Shown here in pieces: positions 38,878 to 49,208 of a stretch of 64,000 nucleotides of DNA. The stretch is from Polyangium mundeleinium. GTDB lineage: Bacteria; Myxococcota_A; Polyangia; Polyangiales; Polyangiaceae. Where the stretch lies: contig NZ_JAQNDO010000001.1 of assembly GCF_028369105.1 (NCBI RefSeq), positions 2,099,711 through 2,163,710 of the forward strand, given 5' to 3'. Positions within the stretch are counted from its first letter, which is position 1, and each line of letters opens with the position of its first letter. The position numbers were made by a program, and so were the translations under genes. The notes beneath the pieces were generated by a model that saw only the letters and a program-made list of their open reading frames with translations, made no database searches and was not told the origin of the DNA.

Positions 38878-39114
38878 ATGAGCCCGCCGGAAACCCTCTT
38901 CGACAAGGTGATTGCCGCCAGTGGTCTTTCGGAGGTGTTTGCCCGAGGTACCATCAAGCGCGCGTGCTCGCGCGTGGGGGTGACGGCGGAGACGATGAGC
39001 CCCTCGGAGCTCGCGCGCGCGCTCGGCTCGATCGAGCAGGCGCTTTCCGTGTTCCTGCCGCCGGATCAGAAGGATTCGCGCATGCAGGCCATCCGCGCGC
39101 TCTCGCGCGGCTGA
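38878..39114 (+). CDS. Small hypothetical protein of about 78 aa
   Basis: High GC3 codon usage from an internal ATG of ORF 38698-39114. No recognisable motif. Confidence 0.35.
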   Translation: MSPPETLFDKVIAASGLSEVFARGTIKRACSRVGVTAETMSPSELARALGSIEQALSVFLPPDQKDSRMQAIRALSRG

Positions 39115-39119
39115 GCATT

Positions 39120-39563
39120 TCAAGCCGCCTTTTTGCGGATTGTCATCACAGGAACGGGCGCTTGGCGAAGGACGGCGGTCGCCACGCTGCCGAGCAGCGC
39201 GCGGCCGATGGCGCTGCGGCCGTGCGTGCCCATCACGATGAGATCCGCCGAGATTTCGGCCGCGGTCTTGCAAATCTCGTCGGCCGAGCGCCCCTCGCGC
39301 AGCACGCCGTCGAGCCGGACGCCGCGGGCCCGCCGCGCCTCGATGGCGGTGTCGAGCCTTCGCTGCGCGGCCTGCCGTACGCTCTCCGCGACCTCGGACG
39401 CGGGGAGGTAGGAGCCGTCGGGGAAGCTGTAGACGATCAGGCTGTAGACGTGCACGACGGTGACCGCGGCGCCGAGCTTCGTGGCGAGCTCGATCGCATG
39501 TTCGAGCGCGTGCTCCGAGGTCTCTTCGAAGTCGATCGGCACGAGGATCTTGTGGAACGGCAT
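39120..39563 (-). CDS. Universal stress protein (UspA family)
   Basis: ILVPIDFEETSEHALEHAIELA ... LIVMGTHGRSAIGRALLGSVATAVL (ATP-binding G-x2-G-x9-GS). Confidence 0.85.
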   Translation of the reverse strand: MPFHKILVPIDFEETSEHALEHAIELATKLGAAVTVVHVYSLIVYSFPDGSYLPASEVAESVRQAAQRRLDTAIEARRARGVRLDGVLREGRSADEICKTAAEISADLIVMGTHGRSAIGRALLGSVATAVLRQAPVPVMTIRKKAA

Positions 39564-39904
39564 GATTCCTCCCTGATGCGCCGAGCCCGGATCGGTAAGG
39601 TCTCCTGGTGAGCGAGAGCGGACGCGGGCTACCCTGGACGGACGCGCCGATTGCGGGGAATCGGCAGTGGAAACCGGCGTTTCCCGCGTCGCGATAGTTG
39701 CTTGCGCGTTGGTGAGCGCGGCGTTAGCCTCATGATCGCCCTAGGCCCGTTCGTCGTCGAACTCTGACAGCCCGCTTTGCTCGCGGTCGCTCGATCTGTA
39801 TCGGCTGACGGTCGCTCGTCTGTGTGGTCTCGAAGCGATCCGATGCACGGCCCGGGTCGCATCCGGGGAAGGTCAGGAGAGGTCGTGCATCGGGTGGTCT
39901 GAGG

Positions 39905-40372
39905 ATGAGCAAGCGACTGTACGTGGGCAATTTGGCCTTCCACTCCACCGAGGAGAGCGTCCGCAGCGCTTTCCAGAGTGCCGGTGTGGAGGTCGTCGGT
40001 GTCCAGGTCATGACCGATCGGGTGACGGGGCAATCGCGCGGGTTCGGTTTCGTGGACGTGGCGGGCGACAAGGAAGCGCAGGCGGCCATCGACGCGCTTC
40101 ATGGCAAGAGCCTGGACGGGCGCACCCTGACCGTGAACGAGGCGCGTGAGCGCACGCCGGGCGGCGGCGGCGGTGGTGGTGGTGGCTTCCGCGGCGGTGG
40201 CGGCGGCGGCATGGGCGGCGGTGGCGGCGGCGGCGGTGGCTACGGCGGTGGCGGCGGCGGCGGCGGTCGTGGTGGTGGCGGCGGCGGTCGCGGCGGCGAT
40301 CGGCGCGGCGGTCGCGGCGGCGGCGGCGGCGGTCGGGATCGCGGTCGCGGCGATCGCGGCGATCGCTGGTAG
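39905..40372 (+). CDS. RRM-type RNA-binding protein with a Gly/Arg-rich C-terminal tail
   Basis: RNP2 LYVGNL and RNP1 RGFGFVDV, then a GGGGGG/RGG tail encoded by GGC repeats. Confidence 0.85.
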   Translation: MSKRLYVGNLAFHSTEESVRSAFQSAGVEVVGVQVMTDRVTGQSRGFGFVDVAGDKEAQAAIDALHGKSLDGRTLTVNEARERTPGGGGGGGGGFRGGGGGGMGGGGGGGGGYGGGGGGGGRGGGGGGRGGDRRGGRGGGGGGRDRGRGDRGDRW

Positions 40373-40464
40373 GACGTGAGGGCCCGGCGAGAGCCGGCCC
40401 GAAAGAAAGCGCCCCGGAGCCAAGGCTTCGGGGCGCTTCTGTTTTGTGCGCGCCTCCGCGCGTA

Positions 40465-41805
<1,341 letters not shown>

Positions 41806-41845
41806 TCACGACAGAAGTCTTCCTCCTCGGGGCGCGACTCGCGTT

Positions 41846-42496
41846 ATGCTCCCCGGCCGCGTGGAACGTTCGATCGGCGTGTATGGCGAGGAGCTGCTCC
41901 TCTGGATTTGCGCGGTACGCCAGTCCCCGAGGCGTCCGCCCGCGGAGCACCTGCTCCAGCAGGCAAACTCCTTGATGAACGAGCTGAAAAGCTCGAAGGC
42001 CTCCGACGAGCTGCCCGTCGTCTCGTCCGACGATGGACAGTTCGCCATCGCCGCGATCATCGACGAGATCGCGATGAGCCTGCCGGACCTGCGCCCCCTC
42101 TGGTCGCAATACTCGCTGCAGGCCACGCGCTGGCACACGACGAACGCGGGCGTCGAGTTCTACCAGCGCCTCGATCGCGTGAAGGAAGGCCCGAAGAGCG
42201 TGCTCGCCACGTACTACGTCGTGCTCGGCCTCGGCTTCCTCGGCAGGTTTGGATTGCCCGGCCAGGTGCAGTACGGCGCGACGCAGACGCGCATCGACGT
42301 CGCGCGGATCCTCGGCGTCGACCCGGATCGCGACTGGCACGCGGGCGCGCTGCGGCCCGTGCGCGAGGAGACGGTGCGCCCGATCGACCACCAGAACCCC
42401 TGGTGGAAATCGCTTTGGATGGGCCGCGGGATCGGGATCTTCTTCGTGGTCGTGGGCTTGATCCTGATCATCGTCTCTGCCGTCGGGGGCAAGTGA
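41846..42496 (+). CDS. DotU/TssL-family protein (T6SS or T4bSS membrane-anchor-like): cytoplasmic domain plus a C-terminal TM helix
   Basis: DotU signature LATYYVVLGLGFLGRF matches the family consensus (LELYYLCLSLGFEGRY). Upstream IAAIIDEIAMS. C-terminal TM IGIFFVVVGLILIIVSAV. Start chosen at the internal ATG at 41846 to avoid overlap with the eno start. Confidence 0.7.
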   Translation: MLPGRVERSIGVYGEELLLWICAVRQSPRRPPAEHLLQQANSLMNELKSSKASDELPVVSSDDGQFAIAAIIDEIAMSLPDLRPLWSQYSLQATRWHTTNAGVEFYQRLDRVKEGPKSVLATYYVVLGLGFLGRFGLPGQVQYGATQTRIDVARILGVDPDRDWHAGALRPVREETVRPIDHQNPWWKSLWMGRGIGIFFVVVGLILIIVSAVGGK

Positions 42497-43584
42497 TGGC
42501 GAACGTGATCGGCCCGTTCACCCAGGAGATCGACGCGCTGCTCGCGACGATCGGGCAGAAGCACCCGGGCAAGAAGCCGCCCTACCAGGTGCCGATCTAC
42601 CTCGTCGTCGGGGATCCGGGGACGGGGCGATCGACGGCGATCCGCTCGCAGTTCCTCTCGTGGTCCGGCGGCGACGGGCCCTTGCCGCCCGCGTCCTCGA
42701 CGCCGTTCTGCACGTACTGGATGGCCGAGGAGTGCGTGTTCATCGAGCCCGAAGGCCACGTCATGGGCCCGCGTCGCGATCCGGCTCTGCTCCAGGCGCT
42801 CTGCGAGGAGCTCTTGCGCAAGCGGCCACGTGAGCCGCTCGACGCGCTGCTCCTTGTGCTCAACGTCGCGGCCTTCGCCGACCTCGACGAGGCCGGCGTG
42901 CAGGCGTACGCGAAGAACTACCGCGACGTGCTCGTGGAGATCGGCCGGCACCTCGGCGGCGACGTGCCCACGTACGTGATCCTCACGCGCTTCGACACGG
43001 TGTGGGGTTTCGCCGACGTGTTCCAGTGGACGGCCGAGCGCAAGCGCGAGGATCCGTGGGGCTTCACGCTGCACCAGGAGGTCGCGCCGCAGGACGCATT
43101 GCCGAAGATCCGCGAGGAGATCGACGGGCTCGCCGCGCGCTTCGAGATGTTCTGCTTCGCCAAGCTCTCGGGGGAGGAGCACGTCGAGACGCGCATCCGC
43201 GCCTACCAGCACCTCGTGGAGGTGCGCGAACTGCTCGATCGGCTCCGCATCCTCTTCGGCGTGCTCGCGATGCCGAACGCCTACGAGCGTGTGCCGTGGT
43301 TCCGCGCGATGGCCATCGGCAGCGCGGTGCCCGGCGTCGGCGACCGGCAACGCGCGGGCGTGGCGCGGTTCCAGAGCATGGGCCTCTACCCGGCCTCGAT
43401 GCCCCAGGGCATGCGGCCGGGCGGGCTGCCGATCCACGCGCTCGTCAAGACGGTCACGCTGCCCGAGAAGGACCTCGTGCCGCTGCGCGTGCGCTGGCGG
43501 GACGACCTCGCGACCTTGATCCTCGCCGGCTCCGCGATCCTCGTGTGGATCGCCGCGATCATCGTCGCGGGCGTCAACCGCTAG
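42496..43584 (+). CDS. TssM/IcmF N-terminal NTPase-domain protein, truncated form: P-loop domain plus a single C-terminal TM helix, with no periplasmic domain
   Basis: TGATG coupling to the DotU-like gene. Walker A VVGDPGTGRSTAI. IcmF-like CTYWMAEECVFIEPEGH (compare cdWWft.eaVliDTaGry). RKRPREPLDALLLVLNVAAFADL (compare RPRQPLNGVIVaiSlsDL). C-terminal TM LILAGSAILVWIAAIIVAGV. Confidence 0.7.
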   Translation: MANVIGPFTQEIDALLATIGQKHPGKKPPYQVPIYLVVGDPGTGRSTAIRSQFLSWSGGDGPLPPASSTPFCTYWMAEECVFIEPEGHVMGPRRDPALLQALCEELLRKRPREPLDALLLVLNVAAFADLDEAGVQAYAKNYRDVLVEIGRHLGGDVPTYVILTRFDTVWGFADVFQWTAERKREDPWGFTLHQEVAPQDALPKIREEIDGLAARFEMFCFAKLSGEEHVETRIRAYQHLVEVRELLDRLRILFGVLAMPNAYERVPWFRAMAIGSAVPGVGDRQRAGVARFQSMGLYPASMPQGMRPGGLPIHALVKTVTLPEKDLVPLRVRWRDDLATLILAGSAILVWIAAIIVAGVNR

Positions 43585-43620
43585 AACATCGATCGGTTAG
43601 CAACCGCTTGATGTTCTAGC
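43581..43620. terminator. Low-GC perfect palindrome (CTAGAACATC, 19-nt loop, GATGTTCTAG) that overlaps the TAG stop of the tssM-like gene. It is the first of three consecutive hairpins in a convergent intergenic region.
   Basis: Read from the sequence. Further hairpins GGGGACGC-CTC-GCGTCCCC (43633-43655) and GAGCATCGA-ACCGG-TCGATGCTC (43717-43739). Confidence 0.5.
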
Positions 43621-43737
43621 TCTCTTGTCCCGAAGGGGACGCCTCGCGTCCCCCTCTCGTCCGGGCAAAGCCTGGACGATTCACCCCCTGAGGGAAGCTC
43701 GCTTCGCGATCTTCCGAGCATCGAACCGGTCGATGCT

Positions 43738-44619
43738 CTAGCGCCCGCGGGCGAGCTCGATCTCCATCGTGATCCACGCGTCGAGGTCGGGCTCGGGCTT
43801 GAAGAGGCCGAGGTCGAACTCGCGCCCGTTGATCAGGATGAACGGCGTGCCCATCAGGCCGGCTCGATCCGCGTCGGCCTTGTCCCGCTCGATCGTCTTC
43901 GTCGCCGCCTCGGATGGCATGTCCGCGCGCAGCTTGCCCATGTCGAGCCCGAGCCCCTCGGCGATCTCGCCGATCATGGCATCGCCGAGTTTGTCCTGGT
44001 TCTCGAAGAGCGCGTGCTCCATCTCCCAGTAGCGCCCTTGCCGCTGGGCGGCGTAGGCGGCGCGGGCCGCGACCTCCGCATGGGTGTGCCTCGGCAGCGG
44101 GTAGAACTTGTGCACGAGGCGCACGTCGTCCTCGTGCTCTGCGGCGACGCGCTCGACGATCGGCACGATCCGGCGGCACGCGGGGCACTGGAAGTCCGAC
44201 CAGACCATGATCGTGACGGGCGCGGACGCCGAGCCCTTCATCGGTGAGCCGGCGACGTCGACCGTGGTCACCTTGCTCCCGAAGCGGATCTCGTAGGCGC
44301 GCGCGGCGTCGGCGCGGCCGAGACCTGCCTTCACGCGCTCCGTGAGGAAACGCGCGGCCGGATCGCAGGCCTTGCAGGGACGTTTTTCGTCGAGGCAGAC
44401 AGAGAGCGGCACAGCCTGGTCGGGGCAGGGCGCGATCTGCTCGTCGAGCAGACGTTCGACGGTCTCGCGTTCACGCGGCACGAGGTCCGCCATCTCTTTG
44501 GGCCGCTGGATCTCGAAGGCGCTGCCGCCGTCCGCGTGCTGGCTCCCGCCGCACGCGCTCGCGAGGAGCGCAGAGACGAGCAGGAGCGGGGAGAGGGTTC
44601 GCAGAGTCACGCCGCGCAT
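43738..44619 (-). CDS. DsbA-family thiol:disulfide oxidoreductase lipoprotein
   Basis: Lipobox LLASACGG. Thioredoxin CxxC active site FQCPAC. DsbA-like fold length. Confidence 0.85.
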   Translation of the reverse strand: MRGVTLRTLSPLLLVSALLASACGGSQHADGGSAFEIQRPKEMADLVPRERETVERLLDEQIAPCPDQAVPLSVCLDEKRPCKACDPAARFLTERVKAGLGRADAARAYEIRFGSKVTTVDVAGSPMKGSASAPVTIMVWSDFQCPACRRIVPIVERVAAEHEDDVRLVHKFYPLPRHTHAEVAARAAYAAQRQGRYWEMEHALFENQDKLGDAMIGEIAEGLGLDMGKLRADMPSEAATKTIERDKADADRAGLMGTPFILINGREFDLGLFKPEPDLDAWITMEIELARGR

Positions 44620-44747
44620 CTTACGTCCACATTGGGGCTTCGGCTCGCCTCACGGCGGCCTTCGCACCAAACTCCAGCACCGCCGCGGGCGGATCGGCTT
44701 CGCCCCCCTCGACGCCGGGACGCGCTCGGGGTATTCACCGGCCGAAC

Positions 44748-46223
44748 GTGCACGACGCCGCACCGCCTCCTCCGATACCCGCCAAGACCAGCGCGCCGAT
44801 CTCCGTCCGCGACGCCGGCAAGAAGCGGCTGCGGTGCCCGACGTGTCTGGAGCTCGTGGCGCCCGGGGTCGATCTCTGCCCCGAGTGCGACGAGCCCCTC
44901 GCCGGCAGCAAGAGTCTCCGCACGGGCGCGGTGACGGTCAAGGCGCCGAGCTGGCTGTCGCTCCACTGGCGTCCGCTCGTCACGGGCCTCGCGATGGCCT
45001 CCGTGCTCGCGACAGGCATCGCCCTGCGGAGCCTCGCCCCGGGCCGCTTCCTCCCGCCGAAGGCCGCCTCGCGCTCGCCGAGCGTCGTCACGCCGACCTG
45101 CACCTCGCCCTGCTGGCACGGCGAGGCTTGCCAGGTCGGCCAGTGCGTCTGGCAAAAACCAAACGATGTCGGACACCTCGGCGAGCAACCGCTCGTGACG
45201 GGGCCCTTCGCCCTGCCGAAGGACGTCTCCGACGCCTTGCCGCTCGACGCGGATCGCTTCGCGCTCGCGCTGCTCGCGGGCATCGAGGTCCACGACGCGC
45301 GCACGGGCGCGCTCGTCACGCTGGTCAGCGACGCGCCGCAGATCAAGGGCCTCTACCGCGTCGGCGAGCACGTCTACGCGACCTCGCCGCAGCGGCTCTA
45401 CGTCGTCGACGCAGCGACGACAGGCCTGCAAAAGACGATCGATCTCGGCGCGATGGTCGGGCAGGTGTCGGTCGGGGCGAACGGCCGACGCGCGCTCGTG
45501 TCGCTGCCGTCGGCGCACGCGGTTTCGATCCTGGCGACGGAGTACCACGCGGAGATCGACCGCATCCATTTCGGCGACGATCCCGTGGGGCCGATGGGCG
45601 TCGACGACACGGGCACGCGCGCGCTCGGCACGACGGGCCAGGTCCCGCTGCAGGGCCTGCGTGATCCCGCGGGCGGCGCCGTGTACGCGTTTGATCCGAG
45701 CCGCCTCGCGTCGCAGCAGGACCGCGTGCGCACGTCGATGCTGGGCAACCCCGTCAGCGTGCTCATGACCCCGGACGGAAGCGCGAGTTATGTCGTCCTC
45801 CGCGCCGAAGACGCGCTCGTGCCGCTCGAATGGCTCCCGTCGGGCGCGGTGCGGCGCCGCGAGCGGATCCAGACGTGTGATGAGCCCGAGCAAATCGAGC
45901 TCGTGCGTCGTGGCCGCCGCGCGCTCGTGCGTTGCCACGAGGGACGCGCGCTCGAGGTCTTCGACCTCGCGAAGGGCGAGCTCGCGCGGCACATCCCGTT
46001 CAACGGACGGGCGACCGACCTCGTGGTCACGCCCGACGGCGAGCAGGCGCTCGTGACGCTCACGGGCGACGGCGCGGGCTCGCTCGCGCTCGTGGATCTC
46101 GAGTCCTACGCGGTGAAGCTCCTTCCGCTTTCGGGCGAACCCAAGCGCGTGCGGCTGACGCCGGACGGCCGCATGGCGCTCGTCTTCTCGGATTGGGCCA
46201 AGGTCGCGTGGGTGGTGCGATGA
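44748..46223 (+). CDS. Membrane protein: N-terminal zinc ribbon, one TM helix and a periplasmic beta-propeller-like domain
   Basis: CPTCLELVAPGVDLCPEC (C-x2-C ... C-x2-C). TM LVTGLAMASVLATGIAL. Repeated short strand patterns (ALVSLP, YVVLRA, ALVTLT) typical of propeller blades. Confidence 0.75.
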   Translation: MHDAAPPPPIPAKTSAPISVRDAGKKRLRCPTCLELVAPGVDLCPECDEPLAGSKSLRTGAVTVKAPSWLSLHWRPLVTGLAMASVLATGIALRSLAPGRFLPPKAASRSPSVVTPTCTSPCWHGEACQVGQCVWQKPNDVGHLGEQPLVTGPFALPKDVSDALPLDADRFALALLAGIEVHDARTGALVTLVSDAPQIKGLYRVGEHVYATSPQRLYVVDAATTGLQKTIDLGAMVGQVSVGANGRRALVSLPSAHAVSILATEYHAEIDRIHFGDDPVGPMGVDDTGTRALGTTGQVPLQGLRDPAGGAVYAFDPSRLASQQDRVRTSMLGNPVSVLMTPDGSASYVVLRAEDALVPLEWLPSGAVRRRERIQTCDEPEQIELVRRGRRALVRCHEGRALEVFDLAKGELARHIPFNGRATDLVVTPDGEQALVTLTGDGAGSLALVDLESYAVKLLPLSGEPKRVRLTPDGRMALVFSDWAKVAWVVR

Positions 46224-47599
46224 GCCAGCAGCGCGTCCCGTGCCCCGCCTGCAAAGCGCCGATCGTCTTCGGGGCGCACAAGTGCCGCGCGTGCAAGGCG
46301 TGGCTCGTCCCGGAGGCGCAGCCGCGTGTACCGCGCGTGATCCTCGGCGGCATCGCGCTCGCCGGGACGCTCTTCGCCGTCGTCGTCGGCGGGCGCGAAT
46401 CCCCCGTCGGCGAGGCGCCGCCGCTCACGAACCTCGATCCTTCGGGATCGAGCAGCGCCGCGGGCGCGCCGCGTCCCGGCTCGATCGGCCCCGAGATCGA
46501 GGCCGAGCCCGAGCCCACGCCGGCCGACCCGCAGAAGCGCTGGAAGACCCGCGAGATCCGCCTCGGCGACGCCCATCCGCTCGACGTCGTCTTCCACCCG
46601 AAGGGCACGAGCGTCTATGTCAGCGCCGACGACGCCACGCTGCGCGAGTACAAGCTGAAGACGGGCGAGCTCGTGCACAAAGCGTCGATGCCGGCGCAGG
46701 GCGACGAGATCCGGATGGTGTTCGACCGGTACGTCGCGGTCCTCCGGCATGAGGACGCGGCGCGGATCCCGGTGATGGACACGTCGGCGTGGGATCGGGA
46801 TCCGGTGCTGCTCGATGTCGGCAAGAGCCCGGGCCAGATCGTCCCGATGCCGGACGGCCGCAGCGTCGTGGCCTCGACCATCGACGGCAAGCGTGTCGCG
46901 CGCTTCGACCTGCCGACGGGCGTGCGCCTCGCGGACATCACCTTGCCGCACGCGACGGGCCAGCTCTTCCTCGTCCGCGCCGAGAACCGCCCGTACATCG
47001 CGGCGATGGGCGCGCTCTCGCACGGCGGTCGCGCTGCGGGCGCGTGGATCGACCTCTTCGACCCGAGCGAGGAGCCCTTTGGCGCCACGCGCCGCAGCAT
47101 CTTCGTCGGCCGCGAGCCACGCGCCGGCGCGATCTCCCGGGATGGCAGCACGCTCTTCTTTCCGGACCGCGTCTCGAACAAGGCCGTGCTCCTCGACATT
47201 GCCGCGACCACGCAGGTCAAATCGACGGCCGTGGGCTTGAGCCCGGAGCAGGGGTTCCTCCTGAACGACGATCGCCTCGGCGTCACGCTCGACAGCAAGG
47301 CGCGCACGGTCACGGTCGTCGACCTCGCCACGATGAAGGTCACGAGCACGCTCATGCTCGACGGCGCACCGTGTGCGGGCGCGGCCTCGCCCGACGGTCG
47401 CACGCTCTTCGTCGCGCTCGGCGGCACTGAGCGGCCTCCGAAGGGCAGCGGCGTGGCCGTCATCGCCGGCGACCCGCTCCGCATCGTCGCCACGATCCCC
47501 ACGGGCCCGGGCGTCTGCGCCGTGGACGTCACGCGCGACAGCTCCCGCGCCGTCGTCGCGTCCTATTACGACAAATCGATCCTCGTGCTCGAGCAATGA
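46220..47599 (+). CDS. Paralog of the upstream gene with the same zinc ribbon / TM / beta-propeller architecture
   Basis: ATGA coupling. CPACKAPIVFGAHKCRAC. TM ILGGIALAGTLFAVVVGG. The same architecture follows. Confidence 0.75.
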   Translation: MSQQRVPCPACKAPIVFGAHKCRACKAWLVPEAQPRVPRVILGGIALAGTLFAVVVGGRESPVGEAPPLTNLDPSGSSSAAGAPRPGSIGPEIEAEPEPTPADPQKRWKTREIRLGDAHPLDVVFHPKGTSVYVSADDATLREYKLKTGELVHKASMPAQGDEIRMVFDRYVAVLRHEDAARIPVMDTSAWDRDPVLLDVGKSPGQIVPMPDGRSVVASTIDGKRVARFDLPTGVRLADITLPHATGQLFLVRAENRPYIAAMGALSHGGRAAGAWIDLFDPSEEPFGATRRSIFVGREPRAGAISRDGSTLFFPDRVSNKAVLLDIAATTQVKSTAVGLSPEQGFLLNDDRLGVTLDSKARTVTVVDLATMKVTSTLMLDGAPCAGAASPDGRTLFVALGGTERPPKGSGVAVIAGDPLRIVATIPTGPGVCAVDVTRDSSRAVVASYYDKSILVLEQ

Positions 47600-47621
47600 G
47601 CCGACGGCGCGCGCGCCGCTT

Positions 47622-48017
47622 TCAGCCCGCGCCCTCGACGTAAGCGTCGACCTCGACCTCCACGATCATGTCCGGCGCGATGAGCCGCCGCACCTCGACC
47701 ATCGTCGCGGCGGGCGCATGGGCGCCGACTTTCTCCTTGTGCGCGCGCCCGATCTCGGGCCAGCGCTCGATGTCGGTCACGTACATTCGCGTGCGCACCA
47801 CGTCCGCGAGGGAGCCGCCGAGCTCCCGCAGCGCCGCCTCGATGATCTCGAAGCACCGGATCGCCTGCGCGTACGCGTCCCCCTTTGCGTGCGTCCCTCC
47901 GCCTGCTGCGACGGGCGCCGTCCCCCCCACGTACACGTGCGGCCCGACTGCCACGGCGCGGCAATACCCCACGCGTGCCTCCCACTCCGCGCCCGAGAAC
48001 ACCTGTCGTTTTTGCAT
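47622..48017 (-). CDS. ridA: RidA/YjgF-family reactive-intermediate deaminase
   Basis: YjgF signature VEVDAYV at the C-terminus, 131 aa family length and conserved R(T)RMYV. Confidence 0.9.
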   Translation of the reverse strand: MQKRQVFSGAEWEARVGYCRAVAVGPHVYVGGTAPVAAGGGTHAKGDAYAQAIRCFEIIEAALRELGGSLADVVRTRMYVTDIERWPEIGRAHKEKVGAHAPAATMVEVRRLIAPDMIVEVEVDAYVEGAG

Positions 48018-48074
48018 GGCCCGGGTATACCACGGACCGGCTGCTCTACGGGCGCATCCGAGAATGGCGGCGTG

Positions 48075-49025
48075 TCATTGCGTCGACGTTCTCGGCGTCA
48101 GAAGGGAGCGCCAGAGTTCGCGGCTTTCGACGTCGAAGATCGCATCGGCGACGATGTCGGGACCGTCCACCCGCAGGTGTTCGGCGAGCCGCTCCTGTTC
48201 GTCTGTGCGGAGGGGACGACGGAGCCGTCGCTCGACCTGGCGCGCGAACACCGCGAGCTGGCCTTGGACAACCCCCTCTTCGATCCCCATCGCTTTTCCT
48301 TCTCTGTAGATCCGGTTTTGCATGACGATCTCCCGCGACAAACAGGAGTGTACCACGTCCGCGAGCCGTCGCTCTCTCTTATCCGCACCCGCCAGTGCGA
48401 CCATCGCCGCGCCGAGCTCAGCGAAGTCGCGTTCGTTCGTCCGGGCACGCAGGGCATCCAGCACTGCCTCCAGATTGCGCGCATCCGCGTCCACGGCCAG
48501 GGGCGTGAAAATCATCCAGAACGGACTCCCGCGGGCCTCGAGCTCGGCCACGGTGCGCTGGTAGACCGGCTCGATCCGGAAACGTACCCCGCAAAACGGG
48601 GACGTCGCCGGGGACGTTTGGTACGCGGCATGCGTCGGCCATGGTTCTTCCCGACCGGACAGGACGATCACCACGCTCTCGATCGGCAGCGGCGTGCCTC
48701 GGCCTCCGCGCGCCTCGTCGGCCGCCGCGAGCGCCGTCAGGTTGTGGTATTCGAACACGCGGAACGCGATTGTCTCGTTCATCGTGAGCGTCCACTCCGC
48801 GTGGAGCAGCCTCCGCTCGTCGCCGACTTTCACCGAAAGCGCGCGATCGAGCCTCCGCTGGCGCCCCGTCACCTGCGTGTCCACCCATCCGAGGGGCTCG
48901 ACTGGCTCTCCCGCGTCGCAGAGCGCGCGCGCCACCTCGCGAGGGAATTGCCGGGACACGTGGCGGAGCACGAGATCGACGTCGTCGTCGAGCCCCGCCT
49001 CGCCCTTCCGCTTCCTGGGCTGCAT
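48075..49025 (-). mobile_element. Rpn-family recombination-promoting nuclease / putative transposase-like protein (PD-(D/E)XK N-domain plus DUF4351-like C-domain)
   Basis: ATG at 49025. C-terminal DUF4351-like IYREGKAMGIEEGVVQGQLAVFARQVERRLRRPL...EQERLAEHL. N-terminal D...E-containing region. The listed 1160-aa ORF 48075-51557 is otherwise antisense to the aminopeptidase gene. Confidence 0.55.
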
Positions 49026-49208
49026 GCCCCGCCCCTGAGCGAACGACGTGCCAGGAAAAAGCGCCGCTGTCGTGCATGAAAATGCCCTCTTCCGGGATGG
49101 CGGCGCCATGGCGAGGGGTGGCGGCCGCCGCAGCCTCCGAACCATCGTGATCTCGAGCGCGCCTCGTGCCACCATGCGCGCGCTTCCGCCCGCCCTTCGA
49201 GCCGAATC

